From positions 32,001 through 96,000 of the forward strand of contig JAGXNO010000001.1 in assembly GCA_019894975.1 (NCBI GenBank): a stretch of DNA of 64,000 nt. Reading direction: 5' to 3'. Below are positions 20,236-30,966 of the stretch, in pieces (position 1 is the stretch's first letter; each line of letters begins with the position of its first letter). A model generated the notes under the pieces. The model ran no database searches. It saw nothing but the letters and a program-made list of their open reading frames with translations, and was not told where the DNA came from. Made by a program: the position numbers and the translations under genes. The DNA comes from Promethearchaeota archaeon (lineage in GTDB: Archaea > Asgardarchaeota > Lokiarchaeia > Sigyniarchaeales > SOKP01).

Positions 20236-20718
20236 TTAAATTTTTCCACCACAATATGCACAATATTGAGCTGATTCTTTAGTAATAGGTGTACCACAAT
20301 TAGAGCAATACTTTGAAGGTTCTCCTGGAGCAGTTTCTGTTTCTTTTGGCACGATACGTTTAACTTGACCGGTTTCAGAATTAAACTTTGCTCTTAATTG
20401 TCCTGAAGCTTTTAAATCTAAGATTATTGCGCGAATATCTTTTCTAGTAATTCCTGTACCCACACTCACTTGTTCTATTGATGCTTCTGGGTTATCTTGA
20501 AATTCAGCTAATACAATGTTTCTCAACTTGCTTCTATTCGCTATTGCTAAGATTTGACCTACTAGAATCGCAACACCAATTCCCGTCGATATAAAACCCC
20601 ACCAAGACCACTCATCCCACGGAATAAATGAGGAAATTCCCCAATATAAAAAAGCTCCAGCAATAATTAATGTACATATGGAAAAAGATTCAGAATATTG
20701 ATTTTTTTCATACTTCAT
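20236..20718 (-). CDS. Two-TM protein with winged-helix-like region and C-terminal zinc ribbon
   Basis: Two hydrophobic helices; CSNCG...CAYCG. Confidence 0.7.
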   Translation of the reverse strand: MKYEKNQYSESFSICTLIIAGAFLYWGISSFIPWDEWSWWGFISTGIGVAILVGQILAIANRSKLRNIVLAEFQDNPEASIEQVSVGTGITRKDIRAIILDLKASGQLRAKFNSETGQVKRIVPKETETAPGEPSKYCSNCGTPITKESAQYCAYCGGKI

Positions 20719-20853
20719 TTTATACTCATCAAATTTGTGATTGAACTAGTTCAGTAAAAGAAGATATTAAAATTTATAATATTTAGCAAAAAATTTAAAT
20801 TTACTAGGTTGTCTCATTAGGGTAATGTAATTGTGTTAAATTAACCCTACAAA

Positions 20854-21207
20854 TTAATTGGTAATTATGCAACTGTTTATAATATCAAAAATTCGAGAGA
20901 AGTCGAGTTGATCTTCCACCAAAGTAATTATAATATTCCCTAAAATTTTAATTGATAGTATATAAAAGTTATCAGAATGAATAATATTAAAATCTGGACT
21001 ATGTACTCCAATCTCTGAAGTAATCTCTTCAGCTAGCTCATACAATTGCGACATGTTTAACGCTATAGAAGTCTTATTAAAATTCTGGTCAATATACGAT
21101 TTCTTAACTGCCCCATTTTCAGTACAAATCAGTACGAAGTAGAGTCCAGAATCCCCAAATTCCTTGATCAAGGAATCTAGAACTAATTCAACTTCTAGAG
21201 CAGTCAT
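20854..21207 (-). CDS. Roadblock/LC7-like protein
   Basis: About 117 aa; helix, VLICTENG hairpin, helix, three strands, helix pattern. Confidence 0.65.
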   Translation of the reverse strand: MTALEVELVLDSLIKEFGDSGLYFVLICTENGAVKKSYIDQNFNKTSIALNMSQLYELAEEITSEIGVHSPDFNIIHSDNFYILSIKILGNIIITLVEDQLDFSRIFDIINSCIITN

Positions 21208-21361
21208 TGTGATATTAATTATTGGTTTGTTTATATATAATTTTTGGTGAATTTTATTATTTCTATTCAAAATCTCACATTAATTATACTTAATTATGGT
21301 TAAATGATTAAAAAGCCATTTTTTTTAGTAATTTTAATTATTTAAAACTCTCAAAATCAAT

Positions 21362-21826
21362 TTAGATCTCAAAATATTGATTAATTATCCTATCAAAGCA
21401 GTGGAAAGGGCTAACTTCTCCTTTAAAATTCTTTATGTGAGAATTATAATATGTATCTATGAATTTTTCAATAACAATTTGGACGCAACTCTTAAAATTG
21501 TCAGAAATCCTATGCTTTTCAACAAAATATGCGAATATAACTTTTCCTCTAGAACAAACGTAAAGATGGTGGTTTCCAAGATTAACATCTTCAAGTTTGA
21601 TTCCTGAATCTTCACTACCAATAAGATCTTGAGAGTATATTAATATGGCTGAAATAAATCCAGCAATTTGAAAAATATTTTTTTCAATTCTTAATTGATT
21701 TTTTGCAACTTTTGAAAAATACAATAGTCCTGTCTTATCTAGAACTAGAAACCCAATTAATCCATTTGCTTTAGGAAAATTCCCTTCCAAATTAAATTCC
21801 TGGCACTTATCATCTGAATTTATCAT
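21362..21826 (-). CDS. Longin-like domain protein
   Basis: VLDKTGLLYFS, IAGFISAI, FKGEVSPF..F pattern typical of longin folds. Confidence 0.65.
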   Translation of the reverse strand: MINSDDKCQEFNLEGNFPKANGLIGFLVLDKTGLLYFSKVAKNQLRIEKNIFQIAGFISAILIYSQDLIGSEDSGIKLEDVNLGNHHLYVCSRGKVIFAYFVEKHRISDNFKSCVQIVIEKFIDTYYNSHIKNFKGEVSPFHCFDRIINQYFEI

Positions 21827-21968
21827 TATTACTAAAACAAAATTTGTGCAAAAATAATCTTTTGTACTAATAATGTTATCACTTAACTAGTATATAAATC
21901 TTTTTTGATAAGAAACTGATCTTTTTGACCACAAAATCTACTTGATTAAACAAAATAGATTAAAAACC

Positions 21969-22718
21969 TTATTTTTTCTTCAAATACTTATAGATGACAT
22001 CAAAATCAGTCAAATTAAAGGGTTTTGAAATTGAACCTGTAGCACCTAAATCTAATGCTTTTTTCTCTACTTCTATACTCGGAATGGCTGTAAGGATGAA
22101 AATCGGGATATTTTTTAATTTATTATCTTCTTTAATTCTCTTTAAAATCTCATATCCATTAATATCTGGCAGTATAATGTCGAGTAAAATCAGTTTTGGT
22201 GCATATCTTTTTAATTCTTTTAAGCCTTTAAAGCCACTCAAAACACCTTTACAAACAATCTTCATTGACTCAAAATAACTCGTCAGTAAGTTAACAGTCT
22301 CTTGGTCATCTTCTATTAATAAAATATCATATTTTAGCTTTTGATTAAAATCTTCTGCTTCTAAATCAAATTCAAAATTATCTAAATGTTCTACAATTTT
22401 GTTCTCTAGTACCGAACATTGGTTTAGTACATTCTTAAGTATAGAAATTATATTACTATCTATTGTATCCCCCTGTGTTTCAACAATTAGTTGTAAATAT
22501 CCTTTGATTGATGTTAAAGGTTCTTTCAAATCATGAGATAAATTGGAAAGATCCAATCCTTTGCATTGAATAAAGAATCTTAAAGCTTCTCTAATTAATT
22601 TAGATAATGTAGAATAATTCTGATTTTTAGCGAATGTTTGCCATTCTTCTTTGATATCTTTTGATACGTATAAAGAAATTCTTTCTTTATCCTGGTTATA
22701 ATCTGGACTAATTTCCAC
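21969..22718 (-). CDS. Response regulator: RHH + HisKA-like + receiver
   Basis: RISLYV...LSKLIREAL; SHDLKEPLTSI; IEDD, LLDIILP, SKP. Confidence 0.85.
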   Translation of the reverse strand: MEISPDYNQDKERISLYVSKDIKEEWQTFAKNQNYSTLSKLIREALRFFIQCKGLDLSNLSHDLKEPLTSIKGYLQLIVETQGDTIDSNIISILKNVLNQCSVLENKIVEHLDNFEFDLEAEDFNQKLKYDILLIEDDQETVNLLTSYFESMKIVCKGVLSGFKGLKELKRYAPKLILLDIILPDINGYEILKRIKEDNKLKNIPIFILTAIPSIEVEKKALDLGATGSISKPFNLTDFDVIYKYLKKK

Positions 22719-22919
22719 CCACCTTAAATAATTAAAAGTTAAGAAAAATTGTACTTTTTATACATATTTATACTATTTTACATATATATATATTTTTTTA
22801 CACTTAGCTTTAAATAGAAAAATAATAAGATTATATTAGTTTTACTTGAAGTCTAAAATAAAATATAAAAAATATAAAAAGAAATAAAAATAATTGTTTA
22901 ATTGCTTCTGTACTATTCT

Positions 22920-23750
22920 TTATTCATCTAATTTTAACGAATTTTTTAAATCTTCTGCTAAGGTTCCTAATTTGTGCGCAGTTGATGTTACTTCTTCCAT
23001 TGATGCTGTCTGCTGTTCTGCTGATACACTTATTCCTTCCATAGAACCGAAAGAGTTATTAATTTTACTGATAACATTACTAATTTTATCATTTGTTTCA
23101 CGAACTGCTGATTTTGATTCCTCTGCTAATTTACGAACTTCATCAGCTACAACCGCAAATCCCCTTCCTTGTTCCCCTGCTCGTCCAGCTTCAATACTTG
23201 CATTTAATGCTAGTAAGTTGGTCTGATCAGATATATTTGTAATGATTCCCATTACCTTGCTTATATCCTTAGTTGCAGACATAACTTCTTGAGTTTCAAG
23301 CGTCATGCTCTGTGTTGATGTAGCAATTTCTTCTGATGCGGCATTCACTTCACTTGCACTTGCGGCTAATTCATTTGCTATATTTGCTACATTAATACTT
23401 GCATTAGAAGCAGCAGCAATCACACTTTTCATCTCATTATTTGTTTTTTCAATTTTTTGTTCAAGGAAAGGAAGAACTGCAAAGAATAAAGCAGATACAC
23501 CTATGAATAAACCAAAACTTTCACCAAAAGCATCTGCATAATCCGAATCCCAAAGCATCCATTTATCCAGAAAATTCCCTAAAGTATATAAAGCCCCTCC
23601 AATTAAAGAAAAGACATAAATCGCATTAGTTGGAGTTCTCCTTTTATAATATACAAGTACAGCGATAACAGCACCGATCCAAAAGAAGATCATTCCCACT
23701 AAATTAAGACCTCCATCTCGAAAATCTATAGGATCAATTTGACCAAGCAT
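22920..23750 (-). CDS. Methyl-accepting chemotaxis-like protein
   Basis: [35 protein letters not shown]; three N-terminal TMs. Confidence 0.93.
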   Translation of the reverse strand: MLGQIDPIDFRDGGLNLVGMIFFWIGAVIAVLVYYKRRTPTNAIYVFSLIGGALYTLGNFLDKWMLWDSDYADAFGESFGLFIGVSALFFAVLPFLEQKIEKTNNEMKSVIAAASNASINVANIANELAASASEVNAASEEIATSTQSMTLETQEVMSATKDISKVMGIITNISDQTNLLALNASIEAGRAGEQGRGFAVVADEVRKLAEESKSAVRETNDKISNVISKINNSFGSMEGISVSAEQQTASMEEVTSTAHKLGTLAEDLKNSLKLDE

Positions 23751-24068
23751 TTATTTCTCCACCATCCCTCTGCTTTTATGACTTACTTTAAGTTGTTTCC
23801 CTTTCAAAATCTTACCATAATATTCATATCCGGCCGCAACGCACATGAGAACCCCAGCTACCATAGCAAAAAAATGCTCCATAAAATTAAAAGTATCAGG
23901 TGCGTAAAAAGCCTCTAGGTTTGTGGAAAGAAAAGTTATGAAAAGAGCATAATAGGCTGGAAACCATTTCATAATATCTCTTCTCTTCTTTAAAAGATAA
24001 GGAGAAAAGGCCACTGGAATGGATATAATGATTAAAACTATTAATTCGTTAATTTCTAAAACCGGCAT
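23751..24068 (-). CDS. Three-TM membrane protein
   Basis: Three hydrophobic segments; abuts the MCP gene. Confidence 0.7.
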   Translation of the reverse strand: MPVLEINELIVLIIISIPVAFSPYLLKKRRDIMKWFPAYYALFITFLSTNLEAFYAPDTFNFMEHFFAMVAGVLMCVAAGYEYYGKILKGKQLKVSHKSRGMVEK

Positions 24069-24538
24069 TTATCCAAAGCTCCTTTTTTTTGTTAATAAAT
24101 TATTTCAAATTTTTTTTATGAAAATTGTATAGTACTAAAATGACGACACAATTTTATAACTAATAATTGAATTTGTATATAAACTCTATTTTTTACAAAC
24201 AAATACGCGATAATGGAAAAAAATTAGTATTATGTTATTTTTTTTATAACAACAAATGTCTAATGATAAAATAATCATCCTTATTTCATCCTTTCAATGA
24301 CCCCATTCAATGCTTCAAGATTGCTTTAATGTTTAATCTCAGAGCACAATAAAAGAAAACCAAATCCATCTAAAAAGAAAAAGATTTAAATTAACAAAAT
24401 TTCTAAATTTATGTAAAAATACAAAAAAGTGATAAAATTTTCTTCTATAGTATCAATTCTTAAGAATTCATCAACAAAACACACATAAATTTACATTTAT
24501 GAAAAAAAAAAATTACTATTATTTTATAAGAAATATAA

Positions 24539-27500
24539 ATGGTTTTTAAAATGGAAAAATCAAATCCTCAAATAAAGCAGTATAATAAAGGAGCTTTAGA
24601 TGATAAAGATGAAGTACCTCAAAAAATTAATAAATTTGAAAATTTATATCATGAATTATTCTATAATTCTTTTAGTGGAATGGCATATCATAAAATTATT
24701 TATGATTCCGACGGAAAACCAATTAACTACTTAATAAAAGCAGTGAATCCACAGTATGAATCTGTTTTATTGATTAAACGCGAGGATATAATAAATAAGA
24801 CTGCTACTAAAGCATATAATGTTGAGAAACCACCATATTTAGAGATATTTTCAAGAGTAGCAGAAACGCAAAAATCATTCTCATTTGAGACTTATTTTCA
24901 GCCGATGAATAAATATTTTCAAATTACCGTCATCTCTTCAGAAAAAGGAGAATTTATAACGGTATTTGATGATATTTCAGAAAAAAAAAAATTAATTGAA
25001 TCAGAAGAAAAATATAGGCTTATTACAGAAAATGCAAATGACTTAATTTGCATATTAAATAAGAATTATAAATTTGAATTTATTAATGAGAAAACCTACT
25101 TAAAAGTTTTAGGCTATTCAAAAACTGATTTAATTGGAAAATCCGCACTGAAATTAAATCATCCTAAAGATTTTGAAAGTTTTGTATCTTCCTTTTGGGG
25201 CAAAGATGAAATTGATGATAGAACGGTGGAATTAAGAGTAAAGCATAAAAATGGAAAATGGATATGGTTGAATATTAACATTCAAAGATTTAATAATGAA
25301 GAAAATGAGAAAAAGTTTTTATTAGTCTCCAGAGAGATTACCTTCAGAAAACTAGCGGAACAAAAGATTAAGGAATCTGAAGAAAAATATCGGCATTTAT
25401 TTGAAGATTCTCCTTTTGCAATCGCTTTATTTAATTTTGAGGGACAGATACTCGAATGTAATTCATATGTTGAACAATTATTGGGATTTAAAAAAGAAGA
25501 ACTAACAGGAAAAGATTATAAATTATTAAATCTAGTCCCAAAAGAATATAGACCTTCGGTTTTGAACGGTTTTAAAAGATTGGTTGAAGAAGATATTCCT
25601 AATCCAAAAAGAATTCAACTATATACGAAAGAGGGGAGTTTAATATGGGTTTTACTGCACACATCATTGATTAAATTACAAGAAATGAAATTTATACAGG
25701 TAATCGTTGAAAATATCACAGAAATGAAAAAGGCTGAAGATGCCTTACGGGAAAGTGAAGCAAGATTTCGTTTACTCACAGAACAAAATTTATTAGCTAT
25801 TTCTATTATTCAGGATAATAAAATTGTATATGCAAATCAAGCACTTGCTGATTTAAATGAATACTCAATACAGGAGATGCTTGATTGGAAACCAAATGAA
25901 CTTACCAAAGCAATATATCCCGAAGATATTCCTTTTGTATTGAGCCAATCAGAAAAAAAACAAAGAGGAGACACCCATGATGTTATTCCACATTATTCCT
26001 ACCGAAAAATAATGAAGGATGGAAGAATCAAATGGGTTGACCTTTACTCAAAAACAATACACTATAATGGAAAACCAGCAGATTTAGTATCCCAAATAGA
26101 TATCACTGAACAAAAGAAAATGGAAGAAAAATTAAGAGAGTCTGAAGAAAATTATCGAGAGTTAGTAAATGATGCTAATAGTATCATTTTAAGGTGGGAT
26201 ATAGAAGGAAAAATTAATTTCATCAATGAATTTGGAGAAAGCTTTTTTGGGTATTCTAAATCGGGACTTGTTGGCAAACAGGTTATAGGAACTATCGTTC
26301 CAGAAACCGAAACTACTGGGAGAGATTTAGAAAAATTAATGGAGAATATTTGCAAATCCCCTGATATATATAAAAATAATGTAAATGAAAATATAACTAA
26401 ATATGGAAGAAGAGTATGGATATCATGGACTAATAAAGCCATTAAAGATGTCGATGGGACTTTAATTGGGATTTTGTCCGTTGGAAATGATATTACAAAA
26501 CAAAGAATAGCAACATTAAGGATATCTGAATCCGAAGAGAAATTTAGAACTATAACTGAACAATCTTTTATAGGTATTGCTATTTTACAGAATTTTAAAT
26601 TTAAATATGTAAATCAACAATTCGCTGATACTCTAGGATATGAATCTAAAGAAATTTTGAAATGGAATCCTAAAGAATTTATTGAATTTATCCATCCTGA
26701 TGATCGAAAAAGGGTTATGGAAATAGCTGAAAAAAAATATTTTGGTAAAAATGAAGTGTTAGAGGATTTACAGTTTAGAATAATAAAAAAAACGGGAGAA
26801 ATAATTTGGTTAGAAATTATATCTAAAACTATCCCTTTCGAAGGGGACTTAGCAGATCTAATTGCAACATCGGATATCACTAAGAAAAAAGAAGCAGAGC
26901 AAATTATCATTGAAGAAAATAAAGCTTTATTAGAATTAAATAAAATGAGGAAAGATATTATTACACGTGTTTCTCATGAATTAAAAACACCCTTAACTTC
27001 TATATATGGTGCGTCTCAAATTCTTCTAAAACATTTCGATGGAAAAATAGGAGATGAAGCGTTAAATTTTATCGAAATTCTTCATAGAGGTGCCTTAAGA
27101 TTAAAAAAACTGGTAGAAAACTTAATAGATGCTTCAAGGATCGAATCTGGAAAGCTTGAATTAAATTTACAAAGAAACGATCTTGTGAAGATTACAGTAG
27201 AGTGTGTTGAGGAAATGAGATACATATTAGAAAGTCGAAAATTATCTGTAGAACTTACATATCCAAATGAACTTGATTTTAACGTAGATAAGCTTAGGCT
27301 TCAACAAGTCATAACTAATATTTTATCTAATGCTATTAAAAATACTCCCATGGAGGGAAAAATTTACATTAGTATTATAGATAATCATGATTTTGTTGAT
27401 ATTAAAATTAGGGATACTGGAATTGGTATAACTGAAAAAGAAAAAGAGCTTTTATTCGAGAAATTTGGAAAGATGGAAAGGTACGGAATGGATTTAGGCG

Positions 27501-27628
27501 TTGACATTGAAGGTTCTGGTCTAGGATTATTCATTTCAAAGGAAATTGTAGAATTACATGGGGGAGAGATAATTGTTGAATCTGAAGGCAGAAATAAGGG
27601 TTCAACCTTCACAATTAGGTTATTTTAA
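24539..27628 (+). CDS. Cytoplasmic multi-PAS sensor histidine kinase
   Basis: Repeated ESEEKYR-PAS units; SHELKTPL, NILSNAIK, DTGIG, GSGLGL. Confidence 0.95.
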   Translation: MVFKMEKSNPQIKQYNKGALDDKDEVPQKINKFENLYHELFYNSFSGMAYHKIIYDSDGKPINYLIKAVNPQYESVLLIKREDIINKTATKAYNVEKPPYLEIFSRVAETQKSFSFETYFQPMNKYFQITVISSEKGEFITVFDDISEKKKLIESEEKYRLITENANDLICILNKNYKFEFINEKTYLKVLGYSKTDLIGKSALKLNHPKDFESFVSSFWGKDEIDDRTVELRVKHKNGKWIWLNINIQRFNNEENEKKFLLVSREITFRKLAEQKIKESEEKYRHLFEDSPFAIALFNFEGQILECNSYVEQLLGFKKEELTGKDYKLLNLVPKEYRPSVLNGFKRLVEEDIPNPKRIQLYTKEGSLIWVLLHTSLIKLQEMKFIQVIVENITEMKKAEDALRESEARFRLLTEQNLLAISIIQDNKIVYANQALADLNEYSIQEMLDWKPNELTKAIYPEDIPFVLSQSEKKQRGDTHDVIPHYSYRKIMKDGRIKWVDLYSKTIHYNGKPADLVSQIDITEQKKMEEKLRESEENYRELVNDANSIILRWDIEGKINFINEFGESFFGYSKSGLVGKQVIGTIVPETETTGRDLEKLMENICKSPDIYKNNVNENITKYGRRVWISWTNKAIKDVDGTLIGILSVGNDITKQRIATLRISESEEKFRTITEQSFIGIAILQNFKFKYVNQQFADTLGYESKEILKWNPKEFIEFIHPDDRKRVMEIAEKKYFGKNEVLEDLQFRIIKKTGEIIWLEIISKTIPFEGDLADLIATSDITKKKEAEQIIIEENKALLELNKMRKDIITRVSHELKTPLTSIYGASQILLKHFDGKIGDEALNFIEILHRGALRLKKLVENLIDASRIESGKLELNLQRNDLVKITVECVEEMRYILESRKLSVELTYPNELDFNVDKLRLQQVITNILSNAIKNTPMEGKIYISIIDNHDFVDIKIRDTGIGITEKEKELLFEKFGKMERYGMDLGVDIEGSGLGLFISKEIVELHGGEIIVESEGRNKGSTFTIRLF

Positions 27629-27650
27629 GAAATTTGAATTCTTTAAAAAA

Positions 27651-27725
27651 TGGGCCTGGCAGGATTTGAACCTGCGACATCCCAGTCCGAAGCCGGGCAC
27701 CCTATCCAGGCTAGATTACAAGCCC
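27651..27725 (-). tRNA. tRNA-Arg(TCG), no intron
   Basis: Minus strand GGGCTTG/CAGGCCC; anticodon arm CCCGG-CTTCGGA-CTGGG; T arm GCAGG-TTCAAAT-CCTGC. Confidence 0.95.
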
Positions 27726-27848
27726 TAATTTTCTTAGGTTATACATTGAAAATTCTTGATTTCAAAAAAATGTTTGCTAAAAGGCTAATTGAAATTACTT
27801 CATTTTCTGATATTAAAGAAATGAATTAGTTATAAAATGAAAATCTTC

Positions 27849-28292
27849 TTATATCTTTACCCCATTATTGATAAATTTAAGAAGCAGTCTAAATAATTTT
27901 ATGAATCTTAATCCTTGTGTTAGATTTCCATCTACTTTTATATTTCCCTTCATAAAAGCGTCGGTTCCACTCATTTCCCGTTTAAGGATTTTTATAAATA
28001 TATCTTTCTTATATTTAACTCTAAAGGAAGCTGCTCTGTTAATCCCTTTTTTATACATTATTGTGCCTTTAGACACCCTAATCCAGAAGTTAAAATTTAA
28101 ATCAGTTATTAAAATTTGGTAAATGTCATCGTAATCTATTATTTCCTCACGGATATCTTCAGTATTCTTAATAATACTAATCCCAAGCATAATGAATCGA
28201 TTTAACCCTGTAATAAATTCCTCATTATTACTTTCTAAATCGTGGATTACCGACCTAAAACCCTTTGAATCAAGCATATATACTTGTGGCAA
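27849..28292 (-). CDS. SCP2 sterol/lipid-binding domain protein
   Basis: DAFMKGNIKVDGNL motif. Confidence 0.85.
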   Translation of the reverse strand: MPQVYMLDSKGFRSVIHDLESNNEEFITGLNRFIMLGISIIKNTEDIREEIIDYDDIYQILITDLNFNFWIRVSKGTIMYKKGINRAASFRVKYKKDIFIKILKREMSGTDAFMKGNIKVDGNLTQGLRFIKLFRLLLKFINNGVKI

Positions 28293-28332
28293 AATAGCTA
28301 ATATATTATATAGTTATACCTAACTAGTACTT

Positions 28333-28416
28333 ATTATCTACATCGTCTTTTAAGCTTTTAAATGTTTCTAAAATTTTATTCTGATTATCTACATCGTCTT
28401 TTAAGCTTTTAAATGT
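28333..28416. repeat. Two exact 33-bp direct repeats separated by 18 bp
   Basis: ATTATCTACATCGTCTTTTAAGCTTTTAAATGT at 28333-28365 and 28384-28416. Confidence 0.95.
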
Positions 28417-28477
28417 ATAAAAATAAAATTTTTATATTCTAATGTATTTCTTTGATTATTACTAATTTTTCTCACTA

Positions 28478-28614
28478 GCCCACATAGTGTAGCCCGGTCC
28501 AGCATTTTTTTGCTGTATTCCAGCGAAAAGCTAAATCGGGACTGTCAAGCTCTCTCCACGAAGGCGGAGCACAGAGCTCCTGCGACGCGGGTTCAAATCC
28601 CGCTGTGGGCGCCA
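28478..28614 (+). tRNA. tRNA-Asp(GTC) with two introns (28506-28535 at 25/26; 28548-28576 at 37/38), CCA encoded
   Basis: Acceptor GCCCACA/TGTGGGC; strict BHB CTGT/ACAG at 37/38; relaxed BHB CAGC/GCTA with a 9-bp intron stem. Confidence 0.92.
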
Positions 28615-28800
28615 TTCTAACTTTCTCCTATTAATTTCTTAATATAAAGTGCAATTTTGCATTTGAAAACTTTATAATGGAAAGCACTATAGACAAAAAA
28701 TTGATGAATTTCTAAAAAAGTTCCCAGAATGATCTTGAATAGTATCATTAATTAAAGTGAATAATTAAAAAAAAAAGGTAAAAAAATACGTTAATATAAT

Positions 28801-29322
28801 TTAACAGCATCCATCATTGCATCCATCATTGCTGCTATGACCATCTCCACAGCCACAACCACATGCAGAAGGCAGATCAGGCTCGCAATTAGTTTCAACA
28901 ATCTTGATGTTAAAATTCAAAACCTTTCCCGCCATTGGATGGTTTAAATCAATCACAACCTCTTCTTCTTCAACAGATTTTATCGAGGCAGGTGTTTGAC
29001 CTTGGGGGCCCATAACCATGAGCATCAGGCCAGGTGCGAGGTCAACACCCTTTGGAAATTGCGCTTTTGGAACTTTTTGAGTCATTCCTTCCTTTAAATC
29101 ACCATAAGCTTCGGAAGGCTCAAGTCTAATAGTATACTCCTCTCCAATATTTTTATCCATAACAGAGCTGTCGAAACCTTTAATAAGTTGTCCCATCCCT
29201 ACCTGGAATTTTAGGGGAGCCCCACCATTCATCTTTGTACTATCAAAAACTGTTCCATCATCAAAAGCCCCTTCGTATTCGACTTTTATCCAATCGCCTT
29301 TTTCTACTTTTTTTACAGCCAT
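28801..29322 (-). CDS. slyD: FKBP-type peptidyl-prolyl isomerase, SlyD-like, Cys-rich tail
   Basis: GTVFDST, LIKGF, PSEAYG, DLNHPMAGKVLNF. Confidence 0.92.
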   Translation of the reverse strand: MAVKKVEKGDWIKVEYEGAFDDGTVFDSTKMNGGAPLKFQVGMGQLIKGFDSSVMDKNIGEEYTIRLEPSEAYGDLKEGMTQKVPKAQFPKGVDLAPGLMLMVMGPQGQTPASIKSVEEEEVVIDLNHPMAGKVLNFNIKIVETNCEPDLPSACGCGCGDGHSSNDGCNDGCC

Positions 29323-29460
29323 CTTAATCAAATTTTAAATTCTTATAAAAATAGTAGAATTGATGACTTAAGAGTTGATGGATTATAATTTATGAACTTT
29401 TAACCTGGATTTTAGATTTTTTAAAATAAATTATTTATTCACACTAATTCTTTACTACCT

Positions 29461-30276
29461 ATGTCAATAGAAGGTATCAATCAAGATTTATGTTCAAAAT
29501 GCAAAATTTGCATGAAAGTATGCGACAGACGGTATTTCAGAGAGGATTCATCTGGGAATATTGTCTATGAAAATCTCACTAATAATTGTATTTTTTGTGG
29601 ACATTGTATTGCTGCTTGTCCTGAAGATGCAATAAAACGCAGTCTTAACTGGGAAGATAATGTAAAGAAATATTCAGAGCCAGTTGTTTCCTATGAAAAA
29701 ATAATGCAGTTATTAAGAATGAACCGCTCGATCAGAAATTATAAACAGAAGCAAGTTCCCAGAGAGTTAATTGAAAAAGTTTTTGATGCAATGAGGTATG
29801 CTCCCAGTGCTGGTAACGCAAGATTATGGAGATATAAAGTTCTTTCCAACCCAGAAAAGATCGCAGAATTAGGTGATGTTATCTCAAGGACAATGTGGGG
29901 ATATTGGGGTTACAGTTCATATGAGCAAGCAAAGGAATACTTTGAGTCTATGGGTAGAGATACTATTTTCAATAAAGCCCCGATAGTTATAATTCTCTAT
30001 TTAGAAAGAGAAGTTCCAAATAATACTATGTATGCTATTTGGGGTGTGGATACAGGAATTGCGATTACTTATGGTCAACTTGCCGCAGAGAGTCTTGGTC
30101 TCGGAACTTGTTGGATGAATGTTCTTTTGGGTGCTATTTCTGTGAAAAAAGAAGAAATATTAAAGATCATAGGAATTAAAGGACTTGTACTAGGAGCGAT
30201 GACATTAGGCTATCCTGAAATCAAGTACAGCAGACCTACGCCACGTGAACCATTAGATGTAGAAGGATTAAATTAA
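29461..30276 (+). CDS. Nitroreductase with N-terminal 4Fe-4S domain
   Basis: CSKCKIC, CIFCGHCIAACP; RSIRNY, APSAGN, GLGTCW. Confidence 0.92.
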   Translation: MSIEGINQDLCSKCKICMKVCDRRYFREDSSGNIVYENLTNNCIFCGHCIAACPEDAIKRSLNWEDNVKKYSEPVVSYEKIMQLLRMNRSIRNYKQKQVPRELIEKVFDAMRYAPSAGNARLWRYKVLSNPEKIAELGDVISRTMWGYWGYSSYEQAKEYFESMGRDTIFNKAPIVIILYLEREVPNNTMYAIWGVDTGIAITYGQLAAESLGLGTCWMNVLLGAISVKKEEILKIIGIKGLVLGAMTLGYPEIKYSRPTPREPLDVEGLN

Positions 30277-30302
30277 ATTAATAAATAGATTCTATTTAGA
30301 TA

Positions 30303-30851
30303 TTAATCCTGATTTTCTACAGCTTCTTTTCCTGCTTTACGAGCTAATTTTAATAAATCGGTATTTTTCCCTACCTCACCCCGACGATTATAGCCTGGAG
30401 CAAGTATAGTTTCAACCAGTTCGATGTTTAGGTAATTAAAGACATCCTCAAGTAGACCAACTGTATGACGAGCATATCTTTCATGGCCACCTCCTAACGG
30501 GATTACAATAATCACTTTTTTTCCCTTAAATTCCTGATGTTTTGGATGATACCACCTGTCTAAGAAAGCTTTAAATTGTGCTGTTGGTCCCCACCAATAG
30601 ATCGGGGTCCCTAATATCCATACATCACTTTGCACCATCTTCTCTAGTAAACTAGGCATATCATCTTTATGCATGCAATGTCCGGTTTTATAACAGCTAT
30701 TACATGCTTGACAAGGGTTAATCTCTAATTTATTCAAAACAACTTGTTCAACTGAAGCCCCCGCTTCTTTAGCACCAGCTAATACTTCATCTACTAATAC
30801 TTCCGTGTTTCCTCCAATTCGGGGACTCCCAATAATTCCTAGAACTTGCAT
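30303..30851 (-). CDS. Flavodoxin-fold iron-sulfur flavoprotein
   Basis: GSPRIGGNT, CQACNSC...C, TPIYW. Confidence 0.9.
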   Translation of the reverse strand: MQVLGIIGSPRIGGNTEVLVDEVLAGAKEAGASVEQVVLNKLEINPCQACNSCYKTGHCMHKDDMPSLLEKMVQSDVWILGTPIYWWGPTAQFKAFLDRWYHPKHQEFKGKKVIIVIPLGGGHERYARHTVGLLEDVFNYLNIELVETILAPGYNRRGEVGKNTDLLKLARKAGKEAVENQD

Positions 30852-30966
30852 AATTATACTATTATAATTAGATTAAAATAGTTATCGCTTAGGTAAGGAG
30901 TTAGTCTGAAGCATTTTGAAATGAAGGAAAAAATAGAAAAAAAAATATCTATTTAAAATAGATTTA

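Noticed and set aside
24281-24372. Coding-like fragment on the minus strand between the membrane gene and the kinase
   Set aside because: Short, interrupted by stops, no recognisable family
28333-28416. Mini CRISPR array
   Set aside because: Only two units, an 18-bp spacer, no cas genes
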